Below, piece by piece: positions 1-10,131 of a stretch of DNA of 64,000 bases. Position numbers and translations under genes: made by a program. The stretch comes from an uncultured Aliishimia sp. (lineage in GTDB: Bacteria; Pseudomonadota; Alphaproteobacteria; Rhodobacterales; Rhodobacteraceae): positions 494 through 64,493 of the forward strand of contig CBFHJA010000024.1 of assembly GCA_965656085.1 (NCBI GenBank), read 5' to 3'. The notes beneath the pieces were generated by a model. That model searched no databases. It had not been told where the DNA came from and saw only the letters and a list, made by a program, of their open reading frames with translations. Each line of letters starts with the position of its first letter. Position 1 is the stretch's first letter.

Positions 1-2
1 GC

Positions 3-398
3 TCGGGGATCCGGCTCTACAAGTATTGGTTCTCGGTCACGCAGCGCGAGCAACTCAAGCGCTTCCAGTCCCGTGAGGTCGATCCGCTCAAGCAATGGAA
101 GCTCTCGCCCATCGACAAGGCCTCGCTGGACAAATGGAGCGACTATACCGAGGCCAAGGAGGCGATGTTCTTCTATACCGACACCGCCGATGCGCCATGG
201 ACCGTGGTGAAATCCACCGACAAAAAGCGCGCGCGGCTCGGCTGCATCACCCATTTCCTCGCCTCGCTGGACTATCCGGGCAAGGATGAGGAGTTGGTCG
301 GTCAGCCCGACCCGCTGATCGTGGGCCAAGCGCATCACGTCATTCACCGCTCCGATCACATTCTGGGCAAGGCGCTGCACCCCGACTCGCGCAAGTAG
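3..398 (+). CDS. polyphosphate kinase 2 (PPK2) family protein, C-terminal fragment (5' end outside window)
   Basis: Frame-3 translation from the window edge reads ...[62 protein letters not shown]..., the conserved PPK2 C-terminal block. The ORF track shows only the part after an internal Met (165..398). Confidence 0.75.
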   Translation, partial: SGIRLYKYWFSVTQREQLKRFQSREVDPLKQWKLSPIDKASLDKWSDYTEAKEAMFFYTDTADAPWTVVKSTDKKRARLGCITHFLASLDYPGKDEELVGQPDPLIVGQAHHVIHRSDHILGKALHPDSRK

Positions 399-443
399 GC
401 GGCACCCGCTCCGGCCTCTGCGCCGGGCGCGTTCTGACATCGA

Positions 444-476
444 GGCCCCGGGTCCAGCCCGGGGTCTGTTTTGTTT
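444..476 (+). terminator. putative rho-independent terminator after the PPK2 gene
   Basis: Stem CCCCGGG(446-452)/CCCGGGG(458-464) followed by TCTGTTTTGTTT. The hairpin also belongs to a small repeat family (second copy at 39198-39223, which lacks the T-run). Confidence 0.55.
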
Positions 477-638
477 GGCGTCGCCGGTCCGCCGCGCGGG
501 TCGGTCTCAGACGCCGCTTCCAACATATGATCGCGATTGAGGCAGTCGCGCGGCCCGGCGCGGCGCGCGCCTGTGCACCGATTGACAGGGTCGGGCCGCT
601 GGCGCACCATCCCGGCAATCAGGGAGCGAGCACACCTC

Positions 639-1487
639 ATGAGCTACGAGCGTCCAGACAAGCTGGAGGAAGCCCTTGCCGTTCTGGCGCGCGGGCCCGC
701 GCGGATCGCGGCGGGCTGCACCGATCTGTTCGCGGCGACCGAGGACAAGGCGCTGCGCGGCGATGTGCTGGACCTCACCGGCGTTGCGGAATTGCGCGGG
801 ATCACGGCGCGGCAGGGCGGCGGGCTGCGGATTGGCGGGACGACCACATGGGCCGATATCGCGCGCGCGGGTCTGCCGCCCGCGCTCCACAGCCTGCAAG
901 AGGCCGCCCGGCAAGTCGGCGCGCATCAGGTGCAGAACCGGGGTACGCTCGCGGGCAATCTGTGCAACGCCTCGCCCGCCGCCGACGGGGTGCCGCCGCT
1001 CCTGACGCTGGACGCGGAGGTCGAGCTTGTCTCGGCGGACGGTGTGCGGGTGTTGGCTTTGCCGGAGTTCATTCTGGGACCACGCAAGACCGCGCTTGCC
1101 CCGGGGGAGATCGTCTCGGCAGTGCTGCTGCCCGAAGCGGCGCTGAGCGGGGCCAGCACCTTCGAGAAGCTCGGGGCGCGGGCCTATCTGGTGATCTCGA
1201 TTGCCATGCTGGCCCTGCGGCTCCGGATCGAGGCCGGGGTGATCGCGGAGATTGCCTGCGCGGTTGGGGCCTGCGGGCCGGTGGCGTCGCGCCTCTCCGG
1301 GGTCGAGGCGGGGCTGACAGGCCAGCCCGCTATGGCGCTCGCACAGATTGCCGATGCCGAGATCACGGCGGGTCTCGCGCCGATCACAGATATGCGGGCC
1401 GATGCCGAATACCGGTTGCAGGCCGTCGGCCCGCTCCTGCGCCGGGCCGGGGCGCGGCTGCTGGCCGCCGAGGAGGCCGCCGCATGA
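639..1487 (+). CDS. FAD-binding subunit of a molybdopterin-dependent hydroxylase (CoxM/XdhB-like)
   Basis: 282 aa starting [24 protein letters not shown].., with the [16 protein letters not shown] motif of FAD_binding_5/CO_deh_flav_C proteins. AGGGAG RBS lies 12 nt upstream. The stop overlaps the next start (ATGA). Confidence 0.85.
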   Translation: MSYERPDKLEEALAVLARGPARIAAGCTDLFAATEDKALRGDVLDLTGVAELRGITARQGGGLRIGGTTTWADIARAGLPPALHSLQEAARQVGAHQVQNRGTLAGNLCNASPAADGVPPLLTLDAEVELVSADGVRVLALPEFILGPRKTALAPGEIVSAVLLPEAALSGASTFEKLGARAYLVISIAMLALRLRIEAGVIAEIACAVGACGPVASRLSGVEAGLTGQPAMALAQIADAEITAGLAPITDMRADAEYRLQAVGPLLRRAGARLLAAEEAAA

Positions 1488-4225
1488 CTGTCCCGCCGCT
1501 CACCGTGAAGATTGCCGGGCAGACCCGGGTTGTGGAAAGCGCGCCGGGACGCCGCCTGTCGGAGGTGTTGCGTGAGGAGTTCGGGCTGCGCTCGGTCAAG
1601 GTCGGCTGCGATGCGGGCGATTGCGGGGCCTGCACGGTGCTGGTGGATGGCGCGCAGGTCTGCGCATGTCTGACCCCGGTGGCGCAGGTCACGGGTGCGG
1701 TGGTCGAGACGCTGGAGACCACCGAGGCGGCTCTCTCGCAGCGCTTGCAGGACAGTTTTCTCGCCCATGGCGCGGCGCAATGCGGGATTTGCACGCCGGG
1801 GCTGATGATGGCCGCGACGGAGCTTTTGCGCAGCGATCCGCAGCCCGCGCGCGCCGCCGTGGAGGACGCGCTCGGGGGCGTTCTGTGCCGCTGCACGGGC
1901 TATGCCAAGATCATTGACGCGGTGATGGCGGCGGGCGCGCAGGTCGCCTTGCCGGAGATGCCAGCGGCGGGCCGGGCGGTGGGCGCGGGGCCTGCGCGGC
2001 TCGACGGGCGGCGCAAGGTGGATGGCAGCGAGCGGTTTGGGGCCGACAGCCCGGCCTCCGAAGCGCTGCTGGTGCGTGCGGTCCGTAGCCCGCATTTCGC
2101 CGCGCGCTTTGCCTTCGGCGATCTGGATGCGTGGCGCGCGGCGCATCCCGGTCTGACCCTGCTGACCGCCGAGGATGTGCCGGGCGAGAACCGTTATGGC
2201 GTGATCCCGCCTCTGGCCGACCAGCCCGCGCTGGCGGCGGACGAGGTGCGCTATCTGGGCGAGGCGGTGGCGCTGGTTGTGGGACCCGCGCCGCAGATCG
2301 AAGCGCTGGACCTGTCCGATTTTCCGGTGACGTGGGAGCCCTTGCCGCATGTGCTCACCGAGGCCGAGGCCGCCGCGCCGGATGCGCCGCAACTGCACGC
2401 GCATCGCGCCGGCAACACGCTGATTGACGGGCGTGTGGTGTCGGGCGATCCGGAGACCGCGCTGGACGCGTCGGCGCATCGCGCCTCCGGGCGGTTCGAG
2501 ACCTCTTACGTGGAGCACGCCTATATCGAGCCCGAGGCCGGGCGCGCATGGCTTGAAACGGGGCCGAAGGGCGATACGCTCTGCGTTTCGGCCTGCACGC
2601 AAGCGCCGATCATGGACCGCGACGATACCGCCAAAGTGCTGGGCCTGCCGCCCGAACGCGTGCGGATCATCCCAACGGCGGCGGGCGGCGGGTTCGGGGC
2701 CAAGCTCGATCTGTCGGTGCAGCCGCTCATCGGCCTTGCCACGCTCGTCACTGGCCAGCCCTGCCGGATGGTGTGGAGCCGCAACGAATCGATGCGCGCA
2801 AGCACCAAGCGCCATCCCGGCACGATGGAGGCGGAGATTGGCTGCGACGCGGACGGGCGGATCACCGCGATGCACTTTCACGGCGATTTCAATACCGGGG
2901 CCTATGCCTCTTGGGGGCCAACCGTGGCGGCGCGCGTGCCGGTCCATGCCTGCGGGCCGTACCGGACGCCACACTATCAGGCGACCGCACGTGCCCTGCA
3001 CAGCCACGGGCCAAGCTCGGGCGCGTTCCGGGGCTTCGGGGTGCCGCAGGCGGCGATCACGCAGGAAGTGCTCTATGACAAGCTCGCGGAGGCGGCGGGT
3101 CTGGACCGGCTCGCCTTCCGGCGGCTGAACGCCTTGCAGGACGGGGATGCGACGCCGTGCGGGCAGGTCTTGCAGGGCGTGGGCATCGCCGAATGTCTGG
3201 ACGCGCTGGCGCCCCATTGGGAGCGCGCCTGCGCGGAGGCTGACGCGTTCAACGCACACAACGACACGGTGAAGCGGGGCGTCGGGGTTGCGTCCTGCTG
3301 GTATGGCTGCGGCAACACATCGCTGCCGAACCCCTCGACGATCCGCTTCGGGATCACGCCCATGGGCGCGCTGCGCCTGCACCAAGGCGCGACCGATATC
3401 GGACAAGGGGCCGACACAGTGATCTCGCAGATCGCCGCCGATGCGCTGGGGGTGGCGCTCGCGGAGATCGAGATCGTCGGACCCGACACCGCGCTCACGC
3501 CCGATTGTGGCAAGACCTCCGCCTCGCGCCAGACCTATGTGACCGGCAAGGCCGCCGAGGCCGCCGGGCGGGCGCTCAGAGCCGAGATATTGCGGCTGAC
3601 GAACCTTGCCGAGGCCGATACGATCACGCTTGACGGCGCGGTGCTGACTGTCACCCATGGGGCCGAGCGGCGCGACATTGATCTGTCGAAACTGGCGGCC
3701 AACGGGCATGGCTACGCGCTGATGGCCGAGGAAACCTATGACCCGCCCACCTCTGCGCTCGACGATAACGGGCAAGGGGTGCCCTATGCAGTCTATGGCT
3801 ACGGGGCGCAGATCGCCGAGGTGGAGGTCGATCTGGAGCTTGGCACGACGAAGGTGCTCCACATGACCGCCGCGCATGATCTGGGCCGGGTGATCAATCC
3901 GCTGCTCGCCACGGGCCAAATCGAGGGCGGGATCGCGCAGGGGCTGGGGCTGGCGCTGATGGAGGAGTTCCTGCCCGGGCGCACCGAGAACCTGCATGAC
4001 TATCTCATTCCGACCATTGGAGATGTGCCCCCCGTAACCTCGATCCTGATCGAAAAGCCCGACCCCGAGGGGCCGATGGGCGCGAAGGGGCTGGGCGAGC
4101 ATGTGCTCATCCCGACCGCGCCCGCGATCCTGAACGCGATCCGCCATGCGTCTGGCGCGGAGGTGACGAAGGTGCCCGCCCTGCCGCATCGGGTTTTGGC
4201 GGCGATCAAGGCGGCGCGGGCATGA
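1484..4225 (+). CDS. fused [2Fe-2S] small subunit + molybdopterin-binding large subunit of an aldehyde oxidase/xanthine dehydrogenase-family hydroxylase
   Basis: 913 aa. The N-terminus has [12 protein letters not shown] and CGICTPG...CRCTGY 2Fe-2S motifs. The rest is a typical MoCo large subunit ([25 protein letters not shown]). The ORF-track ORF 527..4225 is an upstream over-extension. Confidence 0.85.
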   Translation: MTVPPLTVKIAGQTRVVESAPGRRLSEVLREEFGLRSVKVGCDAGDCGACTVLVDGAQVCACLTPVAQVTGAVVETLETTEAALSQRLQDSFLAHGAAQCGICTPGLMMAATELLRSDPQPARAAVEDALGGVLCRCTGYAKIIDAVMAAGAQVALPEMPAAGRAVGAGPARLDGRRKVDGSERFGADSPASEALLVRAVRSPHFAARFAFGDLDAWRAAHPGLTLLTAEDVPGENRYGVIPPLADQPALAADEVRYLGEAVALVVGPAPQIEALDLSDFPVTWEPLPHVLTEAEAAAPDAPQLHAHRAGNTLIDGRVVSGDPETALDASAHRASGRFETSYVEHAYIEPEAGRAWLETGPKGDTLCVSACTQAPIMDRDDTAKVLGLPPERVRIIPTAAGGGFGAKLDLSVQPLIGLATLVTGQPCRMVWSRNESMRASTKRHPGTMEAEIGCDADGRITAMHFHGDFNTGAYASWGPTVAARVPVHACGPYRTPHYQATARALHSHGPSSGAFRGFGVPQAAITQEVLYDKLAEAAGLDRLAFRRLNALQDGDATPCGQVLQGVGIAECLDALAPHWERACAEADAFNAHNDTVKRGVGVASCWYGCGNTSLPNPSTIRFGITPMGALRLHQGATDIGQGADTVISQIAADALGVALAEIEIVGPDTALTPDCGKTSASRQTYVTGKAAEAAGRALRAEILRLTNLAEADTITLDGAVLTVTHGAERRDIDLSKLAANGHGYALMAEETYDPPTSALDDNGQGVPYAVYGYGAQIAEVEVDLELGTTKVLHMTAAHDLGRVINPLLATGQIEGGIAQGLGLALMEEFLPGRTENLHDYLIPTIGDVPPVTSILIEKPDPEGPMGAKGLGEHVLIPTAPAILNAIRHASGAEVTKVPALPHRVLAAIKAARA

Positions 4226-5658
4226 CCAAAGCTTCCGAGAAAATCCGCTGCGATGCCTGCCCGGTGATGTGCTACATCGCGCCGGGCAAGATCGGGGCCT
4301 GTGACCGCTATGCCAACGAGGATGGCCGGATCGTGCGCTGCGATCCCCTGACGATCCTCGACCGCCGGGTGGCCAAGGGCGACGAGGTCAAACCCTTTCT
4401 CGCCGCCGAGTGGGACGGGCGGACGGCGTCGGGCGACGAGGTCGTGGTCTCGGCCATCGGCGCAGGCACCACCTATCCCGACTACAAACCCGCGCCCTTC
4501 ATCGTCAGCCGCGATATCGAGGGGGTGGATTTCGTCACTGTCGTCACGGAGGCGATCTTTTCCTATTGCGGCGTGAAGGTGAAGATCGACACCGACCGGC
4601 ATCTCGGGGCCGAGGCCGCGACGGTACGGTTTGAGGGCGAGGCGATCGGGCATGTGATGACGTCGGAATATGGCTCGCAGATGCTCTCGCTCGGGGGCGT
4701 CGATCATCTGACGGGGGGCTCTAAGGCCGAGGGACGCAAGTCCTGCGCGGCGCTTCTGGCTTTGTGCAACAAGGAGGCCGTGGAGCTCAGCATCGACGGC
4801 GGCTCGACGGTGGTGGTGCAGGCCGGTGAGGCGCCCATCGTGGACGGGGTGCGTGAGCGCCGGATGCGGGTCGGTTGCGGGTCGGCGACGATCGGGATGT
4901 TTGCCGCTCAATGGCAAGGGCTGGTGGATGAGGTCGTGGTGGTGGACGATCACATCACCGGGGTTGTCAGCGAGCATCAGGCCGGGAAGGTGATCGGCTG
5001 GCCCGACACCGGCATCCGCATTCAGGGGCACCGCTCGACGCCGGGGCGCTATTTCAAGGTGGCGGAGCCGGGGCTGGGCTGGGGTGGCACCGATCTGGAT
5101 GACCCGTTGAAAATCCTCGGAAAATGGCGACCTGAGAAGGGTGCAAAGCCGGGGCTGTCGGTGCTGATGGTCTCCACGACGGGCGAGCATGCGGGCTACT
5201 ATGTGCTGAACGGTGATCTGGAGCCGGAGCCGCGCGAGATGCCTCAGGCGCTGCAACCGTCCGTGGACCTGATCGCCGAGAATTGCGAGCCTGCGCTTTG
5301 TACGGTGCTCTTCATGGGGGGCGCGGGCGGCTCGCTGCGTTCTGGCGTGACGCGCAATCCCATTCATCTGACGCGCTCGGTGCAGGCCGAGGCCACGCGG
5401 GTGAGCCTCGGCGGCGCGGAGGCCTATGTCTGGCCCGGCGGCGGGATCACGGTGATGGTCGATGTGCTGGACTTGCCCGATGGCGCGTTTGGCTACGTGC
5501 CCACCCCGGCGCTGGTTGCGCCGCTGGAATTTACCGCGGAGCGGGCCGAGTATGAGCGGCTGGGCGGCCATGCCTCGGTGATCCGCGATCTGGCGGATGT
5601 GCTTGAAAAGGGGGGAGAATATGGCGTGGCCTCCCGCGTGGTCGGGGACAAGACGTGA
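4222..5658 (+). CDS. 6-hydroxynicotinate reductase-like Fe-S protein (family name recalled from annotation practice, function unproven)
   Basis: 478 aa with an N-terminal cysteine cluster, [26 protein letters not shown]. Coupled by ATGA to the upstream gene and GTGA to the downstream gene. I recall this family co-occurring with UPF0280 and AA_synth genes. Confidence 0.5.
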   Translation: MTKASEKIRCDACPVMCYIAPGKIGACDRYANEDGRIVRCDPLTILDRRVAKGDEVKPFLAAEWDGRTASGDEVVVSAIGAGTTYPDYKPAPFIVSRDIEGVDFVTVVTEAIFSYCGVKVKIDTDRHLGAEAATVRFEGEAIGHVMTSEYGSQMLSLGGVDHLTGGSKAEGRKSCAALLALCNKEAVELSIDGGSTVVVQAGEAPIVDGVRERRMRVGCGSATIGMFAAQWQGLVDEVVVVDDHITGVVSEHQAGKVIGWPDTGIRIQGHRSTPGRYFKVAEPGLGWGGTDLDDPLKILGKWRPEKGAKPGLSVLMVSTTGEHAGYYVLNGDLEPEPREMPQALQPSVDLIAENCEPALCTVLFMGGAGGSLRSGVTRNPIHLTRSVQAEATRVSLGGAEAYVWPGGGITVMVDVLDLPDGAFGYVPTPALVAPLEFTAERAEYERLGGHASVIRDLADVLEKGGEYGVASRVVGDKT

Positions 5659-6479
5659 GTGCGGGCGCGCAGGCGGCGCTGCTGCCGGATGGCAAGCGGT
5701 TGCACCTGCATCACGGGCCGATTGACCTGATTTGCGGCGTCGACGGCGCGGACCGGGAGCGGTGTTTTTCCCAAGCGGCACGGCGGTTTGCGACGGTGCT
5801 GGACGAGTTGGTGCCGGAGCTTCCCGTGCTCCGCGCCCCGGTGCAGAGCGCGGCGGCGGGTCACGGCGCGATTGCGCAGAGGATGCACGCGGCTGTGGCG
5901 CCTCATGCCGGAGCCTTCGTCACCCTGATGGCCGCCGTGGCCGGAGCGGTGGCCGATGAGGTGCTCGGGGCGATGATTGCGGGGCAGGCACCGCGCCGGG
6001 CCTATGTGAACAACGGTGGAGACATTTCTTTTCATCTGTCTGGAAACGAACAGTTTTCCGTGCTCGGACCTGCCGGGCCGATCACGTTTCGCGCGTCTGA
6101 TCCGCCGCGCGGTGTCGCGACGTCGGGCTGGCGGGGGCGGTCCTATTCGCTGGGGATTGCCGATGCGGTGACGGTGGTGGCGAAGACGGCGGCAGCGGCG
6201 GATGTGGCCGCGACACTCATCGCCAATGCGGTCGATCTGCCGGGCCATCCGGCGATCACGCGGCGCCCGGCCTCGGAGCTGTCGCCGGACAGTGATCTGG
6301 GGGCGCGGCGGGTGACAACCGAGGTGGGGGCGCTCACGCGGCAAGAGGCGCGACGTGCGTTGGAGGCGGGGCGGCGCAAGGCCGCGCGGATGCAGGGCAA
6401 GGGTTTGATTTTGCAGGCGGTTTTGGCGCTTCAGGGAGAGTTGGCCGTGGTGGAGGAAAGGGAGGCGCTGGATGCCTGA
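5655..6479 (+). CDS. UPF0280 family protein (ApbE-like fold)
   Basis: 274 aa, N-terminus ..LHLHHGPIDLICGVDG.. as in UPF0280 proteins. GTG start overlaps the upstream stop (GTGA). Confidence 0.6.
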   Translation: MSAGAQAALLPDGKRLHLHHGPIDLICGVDGADRERCFSQAARRFATVLDELVPELPVLRAPVQSAAAGHGAIAQRMHAAVAPHAGAFVTLMAAVAGAVADEVLGAMIAGQAPRRAYVNNGGDISFHLSGNEQFSVLGPAGPITFRASDPPRGVATSGWRGRSYSLGIADAVTVVAKTAAAADVAATLIANAVDLPGHPAITRRPASELSPDSDLGARRVTTEVGALTRQEARRALEAGRRKAARMQGKGLILQAVLALQGELAVVEEREALDA

Positions 6480-7053
6480 TTTCGTGGTTCGCAAGATGCA
6501 GTTGGTGCTCGAAGAGGTGCGCCATGATGGCGGGCCCGCGCCGGAGACACCGCGCCGGTTGGGGGCGATGCTGGCCTGCGTGAAGAACCCGTTCGCGGGG
6601 CGCTATGAGCCGGATTTGCAGAGCGCGATGGAGGATCTCAAGCCGCTGGGCGCGGAGATGTCAGAGCGGCTGATCGCGGCGCTGGGCGGCAAGGACGCGG
6701 TGGATGGCTATGGCAAGGGGGCCATCGTGGGCAGCGCCGGAGAGCTGGAACATGGCGCGCTGTGGCATGTGCCGGGGGGCTATGCGATGCGCGGATTGCT
6801 CAATGAATCCAAAGCGATCGTGCCCTCCTGCATGAAGCTCGGCGGGGTCGGCTCGCGGCTCGATCTGCCCTTGGGCCACATCAACGCAGCCTATGTGCGC
6901 AGCCATTTCGACGGTATCGAAGTGGGGCTGCCGGACGGGCCGAAACCCGACGAGATCGTCTTTGCGCTGGCGATGTCCTGCGGAGGGCGGGTGCAGAGCC
7001 GCATGGGCGGTCTGGAGGCGTGGGATGTAAAGGGCGAGGATGGGCTGAGATAG
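6472..7053 (+). CDS. amino acid synthesis family protein (PF06684-like)
   Basis: 193 aa with NPFAGRY..., GYGKGAIVGSAGELEHGALWH and DLPLGHINAAYVRSHFD blocks typical of the AA_synth family. [17 protein letters not shown]. 8-nt overlap with the upstream gene. Confidence 0.7.
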   Translation: MPDFVVRKMQLVLEEVRHDGGPAPETPRRLGAMLACVKNPFAGRYEPDLQSAMEDLKPLGAEMSERLIAALGGKDAVDGYGKGAIVGSAGELEHGALWHVPGGYAMRGLLNESKAIVPSCMKLGGVGSRLDLPLGHINAAYVRSHFDGIEVGLPDGPKPDEIVFALAMSCGGRVQSRMGGLEAWDVKGEDGLR

Positions 7054-7378
7054 TTAACGCGGCGAACGTTGCGTGGCTTCAAATTCGCGAAAAACGTGAT
7101 TTCGGGCGTTAACGGCATAAAAACAAGGTACATACGGTGTATGGCTCCGCGTATGGCACCTGTACATACACTGTACATACAAATTCCGATTCGTTCCGCG
7201 ATTTGAAAAGGTTAAAGCACCGCACGGTGGGCGCGCGTTAACCTTTTGGGCCGAGTGGCCAAAGTGTGCAAATTGCCCACCCCACACAGACCTACGCCGA
7301 TCCACCGGGCACCCCGCCCCTGTTTTCGTTTGGTCAAAAATATCGTGTGGGGGTAGGGGAGTGAAACTCCCCCACGCG
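7052..7378 (+). repeat. mosaic intergenic repeat, copy A (TIR-bounded core 7053-7243 + REP 7264-7295 + T-run/hairpin module 7296-7378)
   Basis: Aligns along its length with the copies at 30440-30780, 43712-44050, 54284-54637 and 63024-63300. GTTAAC at 7054 and 7108, GCGTTAACC at 7235-7243. Five phased units at 7128, 7139, 7151, 7162 and 7173. Confidence 0.9.
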
Positions 7379-7395
7379 CCAAAAGCGTGTCCCGA

Positions 7396-8007
7396 TCAGT
7401 GCGCGACGCTGCGGCGGGCGCGGCGGGCCAGAAGGCCGAAAGCGCCAAGGCCCGCGAGCAGCATCGGCAGACCGGCGGGCAGCGGAACCGGGGCGGCGGC
7501 GCTGCCGGTGTTCAGGACGATCCGGTCGTCATTGTGGCTCGTTAGGATTTTGGTCACGGACAGCCCATCCTGAATGCCTAGGCTGTCGAGGGTTTGTCCG
7601 GCGAAGGTCATGGACCCGGAAATCAGGTCCCCGGCCACGTAGCCCCGGGGCAGGTAAAGCCGGGTGTTGAGATAGCCGAACGTGCTTCCGGAATTGCTAG
7701 TGGCCGTGGCAGCACCGCCCGGGCCGAAACCGACAAAGCCGCCCCCGTTGGCGAAGGCTTCATAACCGTTGATGAAGCTCCGAAACCAAGCGTTTCCGCC
7801 CGTAACGAGATCGGCCCGGGTCGAGGTAATGCTGGTGGCGCGGAGCAAGCTGCGATCCACGTCGATGGTGCCGTTATAGCGGGCCACGACATCGTTTCCT
7901 TCCTCGGTGATATTGATCGTGACGACCGCGTCGGCCGGGGCGGTGGTCATTAGCAGGGACAGGGCGCAAAGACCGCTGGCGAGGATGGTTTTGATACGGT
8001 TGTTCAT
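7396..8007 (-). CDS. secreted protein with C-terminal VPLPA-CTERM sorting signal
   Basis: 203 aa with an N-terminal signal peptide (..LLMTTAPADA). The C-terminus, VPLPAGLPMLLAGLGAFGLLARRARR, is VPLPA motif + TM helix + basic tail. Confidence 0.8.
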   Translation of the reverse strand: MNNRIKTILASGLCALSLLMTTAPADAVVTINITEEGNDVVARYNGTIDVDRSLLRATSITSTRADLVTGGNAWFRSFINGYEAFANGGGFVGFGPGGAATATSNSGSTFGYLNTRLYLPRGYVAGDLISGSMTFAGQTLDSLGIQDGLSVTKILTSHNDDRIVLNTGSAAAPVPLPAGLPMLLAGLGAFGLLARRARRSVAH

Positions 8008-8164
8008 GGCGTGTCTCCCAAGTCAAATTGTTTTTCTGCGCCACTCACCAACGGGCGAAAGCGCCGGTCCCGGACTGTTTTAGCCGGATCGCATAAGCCC
8101 GGGGTGTTTCCATGATTCGCTATATGGGTCAACCGCTTGGCCGAAATCTCACGTATCGCGGGAG

Positions 8165-9652
8165 TTACGCGCTTTGGGCTGCTGCGACCGCGCGTTTCCA
8201 GGCGGCGTATTTGGCCTCGCGGGTGGTCTCATCCATGGCCGGGGTGAAGCTGCGATCTGCCGACCATGTCTTGGCGAAGGCCTCGGGGCCGGGCAGAACG
8301 CCCGCGTGGCGACCGGCGAGCCACGCCGCGCCGAGGGCGGTGGTTTCCAGCACCTTCGGGCGGTCCACCGGCGCGCCGAGAATGTCGGAGAGGAACTGCA
8401 TCGTCCAATCGGACGCGCTCATGCCGCCATCGACGCGCAGGATGTTGTCGCCGGACGCCTCGGCCCAATCCGCGCGCATCGCCTCAACCAGATCGCGGGT
8501 CTGGTAGCCGACGCTTTCGAGGGCCGCGCGGGCGAATTCAGCGGGGCCGGTGCTCCGGGTCAGACCGAACACCGCGCCGCGCACATCGGCGTTCCAATAG
8601 GGCGCGCCGAGGCCGGTGAAGGCCGGGACCATCACCACGGGTTGGCCCGGGTCGGAGGTCTCCGCCATGGGGCCGGTCTGGGCGGCGTCGTCGATCAGCT
8701 TCAGCCCGTCGCGCAGCCATTGCACCACCGCGCCGGCGATGAAGATCGACCCTTCGAGCGCGTAGGTGCGCTCTCCGTCCAGTTGGTAGGCGATAGTGGT
8801 CAGAAGCTTGTTTTCGGAGCGCACCGGCGTGGTCCCGGTGTTCAGGAGGGCAAAGCAGCCTGTGCCGTAGGTGGATTTGAGCATCCCCGGCTGGAAGCAG
8901 GCCTGCCCGATAGTCGCCGCCTGCTGGTCGCCCGCGACGCCGCCGATCTCGATGGGGGCGCCGAAGAGCGTGGCCTCGGTCTGGCCGAAATCGGCGGCGC
9001 AGTCGCGGACCTCGGGGAGCATGGACCGGGGCACGTTCAGAAGGGCGCAAATCTCCTCGGACCATGTGCCAGTGTGGATGTCGAAGAGCATGGTGCGGGC
9101 GGCGTTGGTGGCGTCCGTGGCGTGGACCCTGCCGCCCGTCAGGTGCCAGATCAGGTAGCTGTCCACGGTGCCGAAGAGCAACTCGCCCGCCTCGGCGCGG
9201 GCGCGGGCGCCGTCCACGTTGTCCAATATCCACGCCAGCTTGGTGGACGAGAAATACGGGTCGAGCAGCAGGCCGGTGGTGCGTTGGATGAGGTCCTCGT
9301 GGCCCGCCTCGCGGAGTGTGCGGCAGGTCTCGGCGGTGCGGCGGTCCTGCCAGACGATGGCGTTGTGGACCGGCGCGCCGGTGCTGCGGTCCCAGACCAC
9401 GGTGGTTTCGCGCTGGTTGGTGATGCCCAGCCCGGCGATCTGCGCGGCGGTCAGCCCGGCGCTGGCGATGGCCTGCCGGCAGGTGCGCAGGCTCGTGTCC
9501 AGAAGGTCCTGCGGGGCATGCTCGACCCAGCCGGGTTTGGGATAGTGTTGTGCGAATTCCTCCTGCGCGGTGGCGACAGGGGTCAGGGTCTCGTCGAACA
9601 CGATGGCGCGGGTCGAAGTCGTCCCCTGATCGAGCGCGAGGATATGTGTCAT
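8165..9652 (-). CDS. glpK: glycerol kinase
   Basis: 495 aa starting [20 protein letters not shown], then ..[13 protein letters not shown].., the FGGY kinase signature. The ORF-track start at 9901 is an over-extension. Confidence 0.95.
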   Translation of the reverse strand: MTHILALDQGTTSTRAIVFDETLTPVATAQEEFAQHYPKPGWVEHAPQDLLDTSLRTCRQAIASAGLTAAQIAGLGITNQRETTVVWDRSTGAPVHNAIVWQDRRTAETCRTLREAGHEDLIQRTTGLLLDPYFSSTKLAWILDNVDGARARAEAGELLFGTVDSYLIWHLTGGRVHATDATNAARTMLFDIHTGTWSEEICALLNVPRSMLPEVRDCAADFGQTEATLFGAPIEIGGVAGDQQAATIGQACFQPGMLKSTYGTGCFALLNTGTTPVRSENKLLTTIAYQLDGERTYALEGSIFIAGAVVQWLRDGLKLIDDAAQTGPMAETSDPGQPVVMVPAFTGLGAPYWNADVRGAVFGLTRSTGPAEFARAALESVGYQTRDLVEAMRADWAEASGDNILRVDGGMSASDWTMQFLSDILGAPVDRPKVLETTALGAAWLAGRHAGVLPGPEAFAKTWSADRSFTPAMDETTREAKYAAWKRAVAAAQSA

Positions 9653-9728
9653 GCGGCACCTTTGGTCTGAGCGGTCTGGCCTGCCATGAAAGACCGCACG
9701 CGGGCCGGATGCAAGGGCAGGGCGGCGC

Positions 9729-10058
9729 TCAGGCCGCGCCGTCCTTGGCGATATGCTGGATCGCGGTGAAGCCCTCGAAGACCGGGGTGCCTTCGTAGAG
9801 CGGCCGCGTGTCGCCCGCCTTGGCATGGGACATGCGGAACTGGTCCGAGCGGGTCCATGCGAGGAACGCTGCCTCGCTTTCCCAGACCGTGTGCGAGGCA
9901 TAGAGGATCGTGCCGTCCTCGCGCGGGGCGGTCTTGAGCATGTGGAACTCCACGAAGCCGTCGAGCTCGGTCAGGTGGCTGTTGCGGGCCAGCCAGATGG
10001 CCTCGAACGCCTCGGCATTCTCGGTGCGGACTGAAAAGCGGTTCATTGCCAGATACAT
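9729..10058 (-). CDS. antibiotic biosynthesis monooxygenase (ABM) domain protein
   Basis: 109 aa, MNRFSV..ENAEAFE..W......L....GF..F.LL..., a dimeric alpha+beta barrel ABM pattern. Sits between glpD and glpK on the same strand. Confidence 0.65.
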   Translation of the reverse strand: MYLAMNRFSVRTENAEAFEAIWLARNSHLTELDGFVEFHMLKTAPREDGTILYASHTVWESEAAFLAWTRSDQFRMSHAKAGDTRPLYEGTPVFEGFTAIQHIAKDGAA

Positions 10059-10131
10059 CTCTGTCTCCCTGTCCTGTGATTTATGCCGCAGTGGAACAGG
10101 CGCGGGGCCTGCCTGTCAAACCGCATCGGGG

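Noticed and set aside
1184-4189. 1001-aa ORF antisense to the Mo-hydroxylase gene. Similar long antisense or out-of-frame ORFs occur at 4000-5781, 24398-27172, 27169-28800, 36450-38294, 40750-42291, 54867-56333 and 60500-62191.
   Set aside because: They are Arg/Pro/Gly/Ala-rich low-complexity translations with no recognisable domains, lying opposite genes with strong homology signatures. This is the usual stop-codon-poor artefact of high-GC DNA.
7054-7448. Small ORFs inside the repeats giving recurring peptides. Examples are ..GIFLTKRKQGRGA..VGLCGVGNL.. at 7212-7448 and 30424-30627, and ..PYRCHTLCHTRCHTPATPCFYGVN.. at 30330-30752, 7054-7305 and 62351-63349.
   Set aside because: The peptide similarity only mirrors the nucleotide repeat. 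Copies differ by 1-nt and larger indels, copy C has an in-frame stop, start codons and RBSs are not conserved, and substitutions show no synonymous bias that I could see.
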